A DNA stretch of 64,000 nt from Heterodontus francisci. Lineage: Eukaryota. Shown here piece by piece: positions 34,620 to 48,128 of the stretch. Both the position numbers and the translations under genes were made by a program. The DNA lies in the NCBI RefSeq assembly GCF_036365525.1, contig NC_090391.1:34864591-34928590 (forward strand), read 5' to 3'. The notes beneath the pieces were generated by a model that saw nothing but the letters and a program-made list of their open reading frames with translations, searched no databases and had not been told where the DNA came from. Each line of letters starts with the position of its first letter. Within the stretch, counting starts at the first letter, position 1.

Positions 34620-36735
34620 GCTGTCCCTTCCTTTCTGTGCCTGTCTCTCTCTGCTCTCTCAGAAACTCAGTAAAACTCCACATAAATCTGTTTGCCATTT
34701 TACGTTGTCTGCTTTGGGTGATGCCCCAAGGCAGAGGGTGCACTTCCTTATGCAGTCTGGTCAAAAACCTGTATCCCTCTATTTAACTGCATATTCTTTA
34801 AGTTTTGGTAACTGTAATTGATTAATCCCTAATAATTGATCAAATCTGACATTGATTACTGCTTGACGGTCTCTAGGTTTATTTTTCCCCCAGAGATGAT
34901 TAAAAAAAACTGTTATTAGTGTCGAGAGGAGTTCTTGTCTACCTCAGTGTTTTAAATATATCAAATCCTGATCCCATACCCACCAAAGTGTATGAAACGA
35001 TGGAACACTGCAAACATTGTTACACACTGAGTACACACAGTACCTTTATGTTGCAATAAGATGTCATCATCTCTATTCAGATAACTGCCATCCCACAGGG
35101 GCAAAGTTTTACTGTGTCAACATTCTGACCAAACACTAAAGAATTACAGAAAGCGAGTCTCACAAATTCAACACAAGTTTCCTTTTCTGAGCCTCGCTGT
35201 TCTGCTCTGATTTTCTTTTGGGTGGCATCGGCCTAGATTTTATGTTCAGACCTGAACCCACAAACGTATAACTCAGAGGCAAGATTATTACCCACTGAGC
35301 TACAGCTGGCTCCAATGTTCCCCCAAAAATTTAGTTGTTGTGCATGGCAAGTTTTTTTGTCCCGTGCACGGTACCTTAAATTTTTTAAAGAATCTTTAAA
35401 GACCTGTGTGTGTGTCTTTGGCTGTGTGTGTCTGTGTCTATGTGCCTGTGTGTGTTTCTCTGTGTGTGTGTTTCCCTGTGTGTCTGTGTGTGTGGTTGTC
35501 TATGTGTGTGTTTGTCTGTCTGTGTCTATGCCTGTTCCTCTCTCCTCTCTCAGAACCTCAGTGAAACTCCACATACATCAATTTGCCATATTAAGATGAC
35601 AGCTTTTGGTGATACCACAACTGCAGAGGGTACACTTCCTTATGCAGGCTGGTAAGAAACCCGTATCCCGCGAATTAACAGCATATTCTGTATGCTTTGT
35701 GTTGGAGAAATTTTCTTAGCTTTACTAATGAACTCTGTAGAAGCAGAAAAACAGGACACAGCTTGTAGCTAATCTAACCACAACCAACGGTCATAAATTG
35801 TAGACAGAGCAGCTAACCACAATCAGACATTACGGCCAGATATGATGTCTGGAGTGGGCATTGAATTAAGGAACTAGCTTGTTATTGTTGAAACTGATGT
35901 TTCGCTGACCTCGGACCCTGCATGGTGCACCATTACGTAGGCAGTCTTGTGGGTGCTTATCTAATTGTGAAACTGTCAGCTCTGCCTTTTTTATACCATA
36001 TAGGTCCACGGCGATCTGTAGCTCTTTGGGAGTAGCACTGAACCGCATTTAGGTAAGGTGTTATCCCCCATTTATCATGCAATAAAGGGTTTGATTCTCA
36101 ACGTCTGAGTCCGGAGAATTTGTTCAACAATTGGGCACAATCTGGATTTTCTCCAACACTTTGTATATTGTGATTGATTAATCCTTAATAATTGATCAAA
36201 TTCATCATTGAGTACTGTTTGAAATTCTCAAGGTTTACTTTCCTCCCAGGGCTGATTAAAAGTTCGAGTTCACCTCAGTGCTTTGGAAATATCAGACCCT
36301 GATCCCACACCCAGCAAAGTATTTTATATGATGGGACTCTGCAAATATTGTTATACACAGTAGGCACGGTACCTTCATGTTGCAATAAGATGTTATAATC
36401 TCTCTTCAGTTAACTCTCATCCCACAGGGGCAAACGTTCAATGGGTCAACATTCTGACCAAACACTAAAGCGTTCCAGAAAGCGAGGCTCACAAATTCAG
36501 CACACGTTTCCTTTTCTGAGTCTCGCTGGTCTGTTGTGGTTTTCTGATGTGTGCCATCAGCTTAGATTTTGTGCTCTGACCTGAACCCACAATAGTGTAA
36601 CTCAGAGGCAAGATAACTACCCATTGAGCAATAGCTGGCTCTAATATTCCCCAGAAAATTTAGTTGTCTTGCGCGGCCAGTTTTTTTTCTTCCCGTGCAT
36701 GGTCCTTTAAATTTTGAAGGAATCTTTGCAGACGT
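34620..36735. repeat. Diverged tandem duplication of an ~800-bp block (34620-35405 and 35510-36735); partial third copy at ~57780-57990
   Basis: Colinear motifs CTCTCAGAA.CTCAGT, CACTTCCTTATGCAG, TAATAATTGATCAAAT, CATCCCACAGGGGCAAA, CATTCTGACCAAACACTAAAG. A (GT)n-rich tract at 35404-35530 sits at the junction. Confidence 0.85.
35700..36158 (+). mobile_element. Solo LTR (459 bp) with 5-bp TSD
   Basis: TGTTGGAGAAA...TTTCTCCAACA 11-bp terminal inverted repeat, CTTTG on both sides, AATAAA at 36081; absent from the paralogous block near 34800. Confidence 0.85.
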
Positions 36736-39700
36736 GTGCAATTCATCACAGAACAGGACCTGCGTACTGCCTTCCAGGCTGCTGCACGCAGCTTTCTGGT
36801 AACAGTGACCAACACCCTTAATCCCAATCTCTTCCGCTTTCTCTCTGGTACTCTCTCCCCACTGTTATCCTTTCCTCTCCCTGTTATTCTCCCTCCATAT
36901 CTATCCCTGTCTTTCTCACTTTTACTCTCTCCATCTGGATGGAGGAGGAGAAAGAGCTGCAAATGTAGAGGCGGATTTACTCTGTATCTAAACCCACACT
37001 GTACCTGCCCTGGGAACTATTGTTAGAACAGAGAAGACAAAAATGTACTCTGTAGTTAATTCCTTTCCTAAACCTCGCGGTCTCACTACCTCTATTTCCT
37101 CTTTGAAGATGCTCCCTAAAATCAACTTCTTTGACCAAGTTTTTGTTCACCTAGCCTAATACTTCCGTAAGTGGCTCTGTGCCAAGCTTTTATTTAGTTG
37201 TTTTATTCATTGGTGGGATGCGCATGTCGCTGGCAAGACCAACATTTATTGCCCATCCCTAATTGTCCTTTGAGAGGGTGGTGGTGAGTTTCTTGAACCA
37301 CTACAATCCATATGTGGTAGGTAAACCCACTGTGTTGTTAGAAAGAGTTCCAGGGTTTTGACTCAGTGATAGCGAAGGAACGGTGATCTCGTTCCATTTA
37401 GGATGATGTGTGACTTTAGTTGTTGTGCGCGACCAGGATTTTCAGTGAGTAGTCTCCTTAAATGTTTACTTAATATTTTTTAACGTTGTTAGATGTAAAC
37501 TTTCTCCAACAATCTGCCTACCTCTCCCCATCTCACCCTCCATATTTCCTCCCGTCTCTCCCTCCTTCTCTCTCCTTGTCCCTCTTATGTAGTCCAAGAT
37601 CCCATATGTTTCGCTAATTACTCTCTCGATAAGTCATGCCGACTTCAAAGATCACAGGTCGTGAACCTTCAGGTCGCTCTGTCCCTGTTCCTGCACACTC
37701 TTTACAAATGTGTCACAGTGCAGTACTGTCTCTCTCTCCTATCTCAGAACTTCAAACAAAGTCAACATGGTTTCACGGAATGGAAATCGTGTTTTTTGAG
37801 GGTGTATCTAGTCACTAAATAAAGCGGATTCAGAAGATGTGTTATACTTGGATTTAGAAAAAGCTTCACACAAAAGGTTAAAATGAAAAAAAAATAAGGG
37901 TTCATGGAGTTGGGGTAACATGTTAGTGTGGATGGAGAATAGGTTAATGGACAGGAATCAAACAGTAGGGACAAACAGGGCATTTTCAAGTTGGCGGACT
38001 GTGACTAGTGTAGTGATGCAAGGTTCTCTTGCTGAGCATCAGCTATTTTTACTGAAAATATTTGTTCCGAAACCTCCCTAACTCTCACTGCCTCTCTCGA
38101 TCCCCCGGAAACTCTTTGTAACTCTCTCTGTCCACTTCTCTCTCTAAATGTCTGTCTAGATCTTGACTCAGGAGCTCCTGAACAAAACAGAATCACAACA
38201 TTAGCCATTCATTTATTAACATCAGTTTAAAAACATCACACAGCCATTTTAAGTTTGTTCTCAGTGACCATTTTATATCACCACAGCAGTGGGCCATTTA
38301 TTTGAGAGAATGGCTCCTCACTATTGTAACGTTAGAGCTTTAGACGTGACAGGGACACAGACATGGAGAAACTGAGACACACAGTACTGGACAGGAGTGA
38401 AACATTCATTAATACTAATTGTGTGCTGTACATATACAGGAGCTGACACTGTATTAAATGCATTTAAGGGATCTGGGCATCACTGACAAAGAGAGCATTT
38501 ATTGTCTAATTTCCTTTAGAAGGTGGGAATCAGCTGCTACCGTCCAGGAGTAAGTGAGCAAACAACAGTCTCCTTCCAGCAGCACATCGCTTTGGACCCT
38601 GAGTTCAGCGATCGTCATTGACACCGGGGCCTGTTCAGGGCGGGTCGTGGGCTGTTTGTAAGTGGAAGACTGTAGCAGGAACTGGTCCTGGAACATGGTG
38701 TGAGTGGCAGAAGGGAAAGGCCTTTCTTGGGGTGTATGTCGACTGGGTGAAGGAGTCAGAATGTGAAGAAGCCGCGATTGAAAATCATTGCTGCTTCCTC
38801 TCCTCAAACATGTAATGCATGTTCCTGTTTCACGCTATTTGCTGTACTTGGACAGTGAATTGTGAAAACAAAGCTGGACAGTAAGGATGGGAGCAGTTCT
38901 GCAAATGACACCTTTTGCAGGCACCAGATGAGAATATCAAGGAAATATTTTAAACAGCGGCTGTTGGTTTCCGTTGAACAATTAGTTCAATGGCAGCTGG
39001 AAATAGAATATTGACCTGCGCAAATATCCCTGCTCCATCAGGTCTTCCCATTCTGAGAACAGTGCAGATATCGGGTTGGTTCTGAACCGTACTAAATTGT
39101 AAGAAAAGCGCAAAAAATTCACCTGGCTGACTGAAGCTGAGTGCTGCAATGGAGTCAGACACTGACACAATTTGTATTGCTGGTTATTATTTGCATTTGT
39201 TCGGAATCCTTATCAATTGAAAAATCACATTAATCTATTTTCAATCTTCCATTTCACCGGATCTTGGATGACAAGTGATGATTTACTTCTTTCTTGTGGA
39301 GAAATACATGAAGGAACCAGAATAAATATGGTAACTCCTCAGCACAAGGAGCAGTGCTGTAAGTTCCTTCCAATACACAGTAGGTACGTTATTACTACCA
39401 CAGTTCAGCGACACAGACAGGCCATGCTTTCCGCAGTCACAGAGAACAGAACCAGTCAAACTCCCACTAATACCAACGTCCACCAAATTCTCAAACCAAC
39501 AGTCAATGAAAGCAGGAGGAACAGATGATATTTCCAATTCAACCCAACTCAGAACTGCTGAAAGATAGGTGCATCAATTTTAGTTCAAAATTGCAACCAC
39601 TATCAGATTGAAAGGCACTGTATCAATCTCACAAGAGTGCAGCTTTAGCTATAAATTAATTAACAGACGAACAGCTAATTGAAAGGTACAGAACAAACCA

Positions 39701-41109
39701 TAAGAATTTAGCTCTGACTGCAGACTGAGTGGCAGATTACAATATAGTACAGAGATCTCATACAGTGTCTGAAGGAAAGTTACGGTATTAAATCAATTGG
39801 TGCAGATTGCAGTGCACATTACATGTCCGTCCAATAGTCTCTCTAAGTGCCATTATGAAAAATACACTGTCAATTCGATTACTGCAAACTGAATGATTCT
39901 GATCTTCCTGACCACGCCATTTATCAGTTTGAAATATATATTATCCTTCACAGATGTGTTCAAGGTTACAGGCGAATTACTAGTCCAAAACTCTCACACA
40001 ACAACTCAATAAATCACTGATAAATGATGAAGTGATCCATATTTTAAATGAAAAATGAGAGTAGCAGATAGTGATGCAGTACAGTGTTAAACAAATAGTT
40101 CTTAATAACATATCAGAGATACACATGAAGTACAGAAACAAAAATCCTGCACTCACATACAGCACCAGTGCCCCAAACATACAGAATGAATCTCACTTAC
40201 GCAAACATTACCAGTAGCCGAAATAAATGGAATACAACTGTTCCAGAGATGGACGCACAAAGGAAAAAATTCCAAACATGCATTTAGTATCAGAGTCTGT
40301 TCTATACAGTATGAGCCCTGCATCTGCACAACATAGCCTGTGCTAAGAGTCTGCCGGATAAAATGAGATCGACAGTCACATCCAGTAATCGAGACTAACA
40401 GCTATGAAATGAATGTCATGTTCACTTATAATACAGGAAAATAATATGTGCAGAATGAATATCACTCATGTACATTGACAGAGATTGAGAGACAACAGAA
40501 TGAATCCTCCAAAGCCATCAGTACCAGATGTGCAACAGTACTGTGGGTGTACCTGCACACCAAGGACTGCAGCACTTCAACAAGGCCGCTCCCACCACCT
40601 TCTCAAGGGAAATTGGGGATGGATGGGCAACAAATGCTGGCCGAGCCAGCGAGGTCCACATCCTGCAAAACAAATAAAAAAATGATACAGAAAGAGACGG
40701 AATTAATCCCACCTGGTCAAGCAATAGAAGGCATTGAAAGACACAGGAAGAGTTGCACATTCACAAACTATACCAATCACTGACAAATACTGAAGGAACC
40801 ACATGCTCAAAGTCAGTATCACATACTGATGCAAAGAGAATTAGTTCCACACTCGTATTTAGTGTGAGAGACTCTCAGATACATAAAGGATATCCCCACA
40901 CACACAGGGTACCAGAAACTGACATGCAAAAGTCAAACTACACACATGCAAAGTCAACAGGATTGAAAGATATAGAGTTGAAAAGACATTACAATGCCAG
41001 AGACTGACAGGCACAGTACAAATCTTTGTCATGCAGACTACCAGAGGTTTTCAGGTAAAGAATGAATCTCATTTCCACATTCAGTCTAGATACTGACAAA
41101 TAAAGAAGA

Positions 41110-43470
41110 CAGACTCGGAGGGCGGAGTTCCAGACTGGTAAGTATAAAAAACCTACCTCGGGGATATTCGGAGCAGACTCGGAGGGCGGAGTTCCAAAGC
41201 GGTAAGTATATAAAAAAAACTTACCTCGGGGATTCTCGGAACAGACTCAGAATGCGGAGTTCCAGACCCGGTAAGTTACCTCGGGTGGGGAAAAAGTACT
41301 GATAAAGTGACGTCACAGGAAAGCTGCGACCTGATTGGCTGGTCGGGAATCTGTACCGAATTTGAAAATAAAACTGATAAAAATTGATTAAAACACTAAT
41401 TAACTAATTTATAAGTAGAGTAACTAAACCAGAGGGAGGATATTACTGTATTTAGACAGCATTTAATATTTATTGTAGAAATCTAGCACGAGGGGCCACA
41501 TAGTGAAGTATATCATTATTTAGGAAGGATTTAATAAGTATTTATTTATTTTATATCAATTAACTAATTATTGATAGAAATGACAGTTAGAGGGGTGTAG
41601 CGCTTCACCTGTGAGATGTGGGAAGTCCGTGACGCTTCCAGCGACTACATCTGCAGGAAGGGTACCCGGTTGCAGCTCCTCACAGACCGTATGGTTCGGT
41701 TGGAACGGCAACTGGATGCACTTAGGAGCATTCAGGTGGCGGAAAGCATCATAGACAGGAGTTTTAGAGAAGTGGTTACACCCAAAATGCAGGCAGATAG
41801 ATGGGTGACCGCTAGAAGAGGCAGGCAGTCAGTGCAGGAATCGTCTGTGGCTATCCCCCTCTCCAACAAGTACACCGTTTTGGATACTGTTAGGGGGGAT
41901 GGCCTATCAGGGAAAACAGCAGCAACCAGAGCAGTGGCACCACGGCTGGCACTGTTGTTCAGCAAAGAAGGACAAAGCACAGAAGAGCAATAGTTACAGG
42001 GGACTCTATAGTCAGGGGCACAGTTAGGCGCTTCTGTGGACGTGAAACAGACTCCAGGAAGGTATGTTGCCTCCCTGTTGCCAGGGTCAAGGATGTCTCT
42101 GAACGGACAGAGGGCATTCTGAAGGGGGAGGGTGAACAGCCAGAGGTTGTGGTACACATCGGTACCAATGACATAGGCAGGAAGAGTGATGAGGTCCTGC
42201 AGGGGGAGTTTAGGGAGATAGGTAGTAAGTTAAAAAAAGCAGGACTTCTAGGGTTGTAATATCTGGATTACTCCCTGTGCCACGTGCCTGTGAGGCTAGA
42301 AATAGGAAGATAGTGCAGCAAAACACGTGCATAGGCAGCTGGTGTAGAATGGAGGGTTTCAGATATTTTTCTGAATGGAGGGATGTGACTCGTGGTGTTC
42401 CGCAGGGATCAGTGCTGGGACCTTTGCTGTTTGTGGTATATATAAATGATTTGGAGGAAAATGTAGCTGGTCTGATTAGTAAGTTTGTGGACGACTCAAA
42501 GGTTGGTGGAGTTGTGGATAATGATGGCGACTGTCAGAAGATACAGCAGGATATATATCATTTGGAGAATTGGGCGGAGAAATGTCAGATGGAGTTTAAT
42601 CCGGACAAATGTGAGGTAATGCCTTTTGGAAGGTCTAATGCAGGTGGGAAGTATACAGTAAATGGCAGAACACTTAGGAGTATTGACAGGCAGAGAGATC
42701 TGGGCGTACATGTCCACAGGTCACTGAAAGTGGCAACGCAGGTGGATAAGGTATTCAAGAAGGCATTCGGCATGCTTGCCTTCATCGGTCGGGGCATAGA
42801 GTATAAAAATTAGCAACTCATGTTGCAGCTGTACAGAACCTTAGTTAGGCCACACTGAGAATATTGCGTGCAATTCTGGTCGGCACACTACCAGAAGGAC
42901 GTGGAGGCTTTGGAGAGGGTACAGAGGAGGTTTACCAGGATGTTACCTGGTCTGGAGGGCATTAGCTATGAGGAGAGGTTGGAAAAACTCGCATTGTTGT
43001 CACTGGAACGACGGAGGTGGAGGGGCGACATGATAGAGGTTTGCAAAGTTATGAGCGGCATGGACAGAGTGGATAGTCAGAAGCTTTTTCCCAGGGTGGA
43101 GGGGCGACATGCTAGAGGTTTGCAAAGTAATGAGCGGCATGGACAGAGTGGATAGTCAGAAGCTTTTTTCCCAGGGTGGAAGAGTCAGTTACTAGGGGAC
43201 ATAGGTTTTCGTTGCGAGGGGCAAAGTTTAGAGGGGATGTGCGAGGCACGTTTTTTACACAGAGGGTGGTGAGTGCCTGGAACTTGCTGCCAGAGGAGGT
43301 GGTAGAAGCAGATACGATAGCGACGTTTAAGAGACATCTTGACAAATATATGAATAGGAAGGGAATAGGGGGATATGGGCCCCGGAAGTGCAGAAGGTGT
43401 TAGTTTCGGCAGGCATCAAGATCGGCGCAGGCTTGGAGGGCCGAATGGCCTGTTCCTGTGCTGTACTGTT
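41110..43470 (+). mobile_element. Internally deleted CR1 LINE (5'UTR and degenerate ORF1 fused to the RT C-terminal half)
   Basis: ORF1 homology 41580-42365 (PLSNKYTVLDTV, GDS, HIGTND) joins directly to FSEWRDVTRGVPQGS. Three ~65-bp 5'UTR repeats at 41110-41285; ~80-bp tandem duplication at 43018-43180. Confidence 0.9.
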
Positions 43471-44389
43471 GTTTGTTACAATCATACACATTGCCAACCT
43501 CAGACAGATGCCGTAGAAATCACACAATATCACAGACTGATGGATAGAGAGAATCGCAAAATCATTTAATTCTTGCAGATACAGAGTTAGTCTCACTCTT
43601 ACATAAAGAACTGGAGATTGACAGATATGGAATGAGATCCAAGCTCACACATGATGGGATTAACCGACAGACTTGTTAATCAAATCCACACAGCTATATA
43701 GTACCATGGAATGGCATACAGAGAATTTAGAATTTAGAACATTAGAACATTACAGCGCAGTACAGGCCCTCAATTACACAATCAGATTCTGACTCTACGA
43801 TTGATGCTTACACAATGAATATTTCACAGATTTAGTTGCAGAGACTGACAGATTCAGAATGTTATTCACATTCACCCATCATAGCAAAGTGGTACTGAAT
43901 GAGCCCCATGTTCACATACAACACTCATGACTGACATACAGAATTAATCATGCAAGCATATTCAGTTCCTTAGACTGACAGAAACAACGGATGTATGTTT
44001 CAGTGAATTAAATTCCCTGTCAGATACTGCACCGGAGACTGATAGATTCAGAACAAGTCCCACACTCGGACAGTCCCAGAAACTAACAGTTAGAAATTTA
44101 ATCTCTTACAGCACAAAAGATGGATGAAATTTATCACACCCGTGCTCAGTCCTACTGAATGTCAGTCGCAGAATAAATCCCATACTCACAAACAGTGCCA
44201 GGGATTGCGAGAAACAGAATGAATTTTGTAGACACATGCAGTACGAAGGATAGGCATATAGAAAACAAAACTCATTCATGCAAAGCATTTAAACCACACA
44301 CACAACACACGTTACCAGAGAGGTCCAGGCATATTCATACACACGGTATTGAAAGTTGCAAAATAATTCACAATCTCTAGTACAGCACT

Positions 44390-44960
44390 CTGACTTAAGA
44401 AATAGGAGCAAGAGTAGATCATACAGCCCCTCAAGTCTTCTCTGCCATTCATATCCAATCGAGGCTGATCTTCTGTCTCAACTCGACATTTCTGTCCACA
44501 CCACATGTAGCTTTGTTCCCTGAGAGACCAACGATCCATGTGTATTAACTTTAAATATACTCAATGATAGAAAAGCCATATACCACCAGAAAATTCCAAA
44601 CATTCGCAATGCTCTGACTGAAGACATTTCTCCACATTTCAGTCCAAAAATATCGACCACTTACTCTGATCCTGTGCCCCTGTGTTCTCGGTACCCCAGT
44701 CAGAAGAAACACTGTGAATCTTCCAGTACAACTATACACTTCCTAAAATATGGAGACAACATATGGAGACAAAACTATGCACACTGCTGCATGTGTGGTC
44801 TCTCCCAAACTCTGTGCAAATGCAACTTAACTTCCCTATACCTGTACTCCAGTCTTCTTGCTGCAGAGGCCAATATGCAGTCGACCTTCCTGATTTTGTC
44901 ATGTATCTGCATGCTAATTTTCTGTGTTCTTGTATGAGCAAGCAAGGTCTCTCTGAAAAA
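44390..44960 (-). mobile_element. Degenerate CR1 3' fragment
   Basis: AAGAAATAGGAGCA-type tail and RT C-terminal homology. Confidence 0.7.
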
Positions 44961-45124
44961 TAACAGTTGAAAGTTTCATATCGTATATCAGAGACTACCA
45001 GACAGAAAGGAAGAGCCTCACTCTCACTCAGTAGCAGATACTGACATTTAAGGAATGAATCTCATATTGACATATTGGCTAATATCTCATGTTGGCTAAG
45101 GTTAATTGGGTAAATTACACATCC

Positions 45125-47145
45125 ATGTCTCACCCAGGAAGTTAAGGAGAGTATCAGACTGAAACAAAAGACCTACAATGTTCCAAATAATGGTAGCAAG
45201 TCTGAGGATTGGAAGTGTTTTAGAAACCAGCAGAAAGCCACTAAAAAGTTGATAAAAAAGGAAAAATAGAATATAAGTAAACCATCTAGCAATAGAAAAA
45301 CAAATTGTAAGAGCTTTTATAAGTCCATAAAAAGGAAGAGAATAGCTAAAGTTGATGTGAGTCCCTTAGAGGCAAAGACAGGAGAACACAGCATGGGGAA
45401 TGAAGAAATGGCAGAGGCATTGAACAAATATGTTGTGTCTGTTTCACAGTAGAAGACACAAATTCCACACCAGAAATACTCAGTAACCTCGTGGCTAAAA
45501 AGAGTGAGGAAATTAAGGATAACAATATGAGCTATGTAAAAGTGTTGGGAAAACTTGAGGGACTAAAATCTGACAAGTCTCCAGGACCAGATGGCCTACA
45601 TCGTAGAATTTTAAAAGAGATTGCTGCAGAGATCGTGAATGCTCTGGCTATGGTTTTCCAGAATTCCTTAGATTCAGGAATGAGCCCGTCAGATTGGAAG
45701 TTGGTCAATGTTTCATTGATTTTCAAGAAAGGAAGTGAAGAGAAAACAGAGAACTACTGGTCAGTTGCCTAACATCAGTCATTGGGAACATGATGGAAAC
45801 TATTATTAAAGAAGTCTTTACATTGTACTTGGAAAAGCATAGTACAATTAGAATAAGTTAGCATGGTTTTACTAAAGGGGGATCCTGTTTCCCAAATTTA
45901 GTAGTTTTTTGAGGATGTAACTAGGGTAGATAAAGGGGAACCAGTAGATGTAGTAAACCTTTTTCAAAAGGATTTTCAAAAGGCATTCGATAAGGTGCCA
46001 CGTCAAAGGTTAATAGGCAAGATAGGGCTCATGGTGTTGAGCATAATATGTTAGCATGGAGAGAGGATTGGGTAACAGACAGGAAGCACAGAGTAGGCAT
46101 AAATTGGGCATTTTCAAGTTGGCAGGTGCCGCAAGGATCAGAATTGGGGCCTCAGCTATATACACTCTATATTAATAACTTGGATGACGAGACAGAGTGT
46201 AATGTATCTATGTTTGCTGATGATAGAAAGCTCGGTGGAAAGGAAAGATGCAGGGAGGAGGTAGAGAGGCTGCAACGTGATATAGACGGGTTAAGTGAGT
46301 AGGCAACAAGAGGCAAAACGGAGTATAATGTAGGGAAATGTGAAATTGTTCACTTTGGTCATAAAAATAGAAAAGCTGAATATTTTTAAAAGGTATGAAA
46401 CTGGTAAGTGTTGATGTTCATAGAGACTTGGGCTACTCGTACAAGGAACACAAACAGTGAACATACATTGCAGCAGGCCATTAGGAAGGCAAATGACATG
46501 TTGGCCTTTATTGCAAGGGGATTGGAATACAGGAATAAGGAACTCACACTCAAATTGTACAGGGCCTTGGTGAGACTGCACCTGGAATACTGTATGCAGT
46601 TTTGGTCACCCCATTTAAGAAAGGATATACTTGCACTGGAGGCAGAGCAGTGAAGATTTATTCAATTGGTCCCTGAGATGAGGGGGCTGTTCTAAGATAA
46701 GGGACTGAGTAAATTGGGGCTATATTCTCTGGAGTTTAGAAGAATGAGAGGTGATCGAATTGAGATTGACAAGATTCTGAAAGGACTTGATAGCGTAGAA
46801 GCTGAGAGATTGTGTCCGCTCGTCGGCGAATCTAGAACACGTGGACACAGTCTCAGGATAAGGGGCCGATCATCTAGGACTGAGATGAGGAGAAATTACC
46901 ACACTCAAAGTGTTGTGAATCTTCTCAATTCTCCACCCCAGAAGATTGTGGATGCTTCATCATTGAATGCATTTAAGGATGGGGGAGATAGATTTTTGGT
47001 TTCACAGGGAATCAAGGGATATGGGGTATGGGCAGAAAAGTGGAATTGAAGCCCAAGGTCAACCATGAACGTATTAAATGGTGGAGCAGGCTCGACGGGC
47101 TATATAGTCCACTCCTGCTCCTATTTCTTGTGTTCTTGTGTTCTT
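45125..47145 (+). mobile_element. 5'-truncated degenerate CR1 LINE
   Basis: KSPGPDGLH, VPQGSELGP, FADD, LEYCMQFWSP; (TTCTTGTG)n tail. Confidence 0.92.
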
Positions 47146-48128
47146 ACATATACTCCCATAAATTCATAGATACAATGTGAATGGCATATTACATCCTACA
47201 GCAAAGATTAATGGTTGGAAATCGATGGCCAGACTCTCATACAGCTCTTTATGGACACTTATATATTCAATTTCACAGTTACCTACAGCACCAGAGACTT
47301 TGAGCTAAAACATTTATCTAACTCTCACAAAATACTGTAGACTGATAGTTACATAATCATCCACACACTCACATACAGCACCAGAGACAGACAGAGATTA
47401 AAAACAATGCCACATTGACACATAGGAATACAGACAGCAAAGTATCCAAAAAATATTCCCAGTTTGAAACAGATTAACAAAGAGACACATAGAATAAATA
47501 CATAACAAGGGACAAACTGACTGACAATTAATGAATCTCTTCCTCGCTCTCTCTCTCTCGCACACACACACACGTGCAGCCTCAATGAGTATCGGCGACA
47601 GACCGACTGTCATTAAACACAGAACATGTGATACTTATTGACAATTAATCAGCTGGAAATCGGCAGGGAACTGCGAGTGTATGCTTCAGGTACTTCAGCT
47701 CTATGGAACAGGTAGGAACAGGCGAGGGGTTGGTTGCAGGTGGGGATGGTGTATCAGCAACTGGAAAAAAACCCTAAACATGCACACAAGCACATACACA
47801 TGCAAACATAAAATCATAAATTAAAAAAACAGAGTACTGCCCCAAATCAGGAAACTCCAGGGCAGTAAGGTTAACTTTTGTTGTCGGGAAAATGCAGGAA
47901 TCTGTTATTCAAGAGGTTAAAACAAGGCCCCTAGAAAAAGGGATGTAGATACTTTAAGTGAGTGAGCACAATTGTGAAGATGGAGCTTAATGTGGGAAAA
48001 TGTAGTTTAGAAAAAACGCTGTATTATTTAAATGGAGAGAGTTTGCAGAGATCTGCGGGACAGAGTTGGGTGTCCTGGTACATGAAACCCTAAATGCACG
48101 TCCAAGTGATTAGGAAGGCAAATGGAAT

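Larger units (their letters stand above)
39600..47640. repeat. Very degenerate ~45-bp tandem array (~CACACTCACATACAGCACCAGAGACTGACAGATACAGAATGAATC), split by CR1 insertions
   Basis: GACTGACA, CAGAATGAAT and ACTCACATACAGCACCAG recur at 40150, 41000, 43840-44060, 44990-45060 and 47280-47400. Period and limits are approximate. Confidence 0.55.

Noticed and set aside
38499-39537. Several 60-118 aa ORFs that might be host exons
   Set aside because: No recognisable domain and no consistent splice-phase chain.
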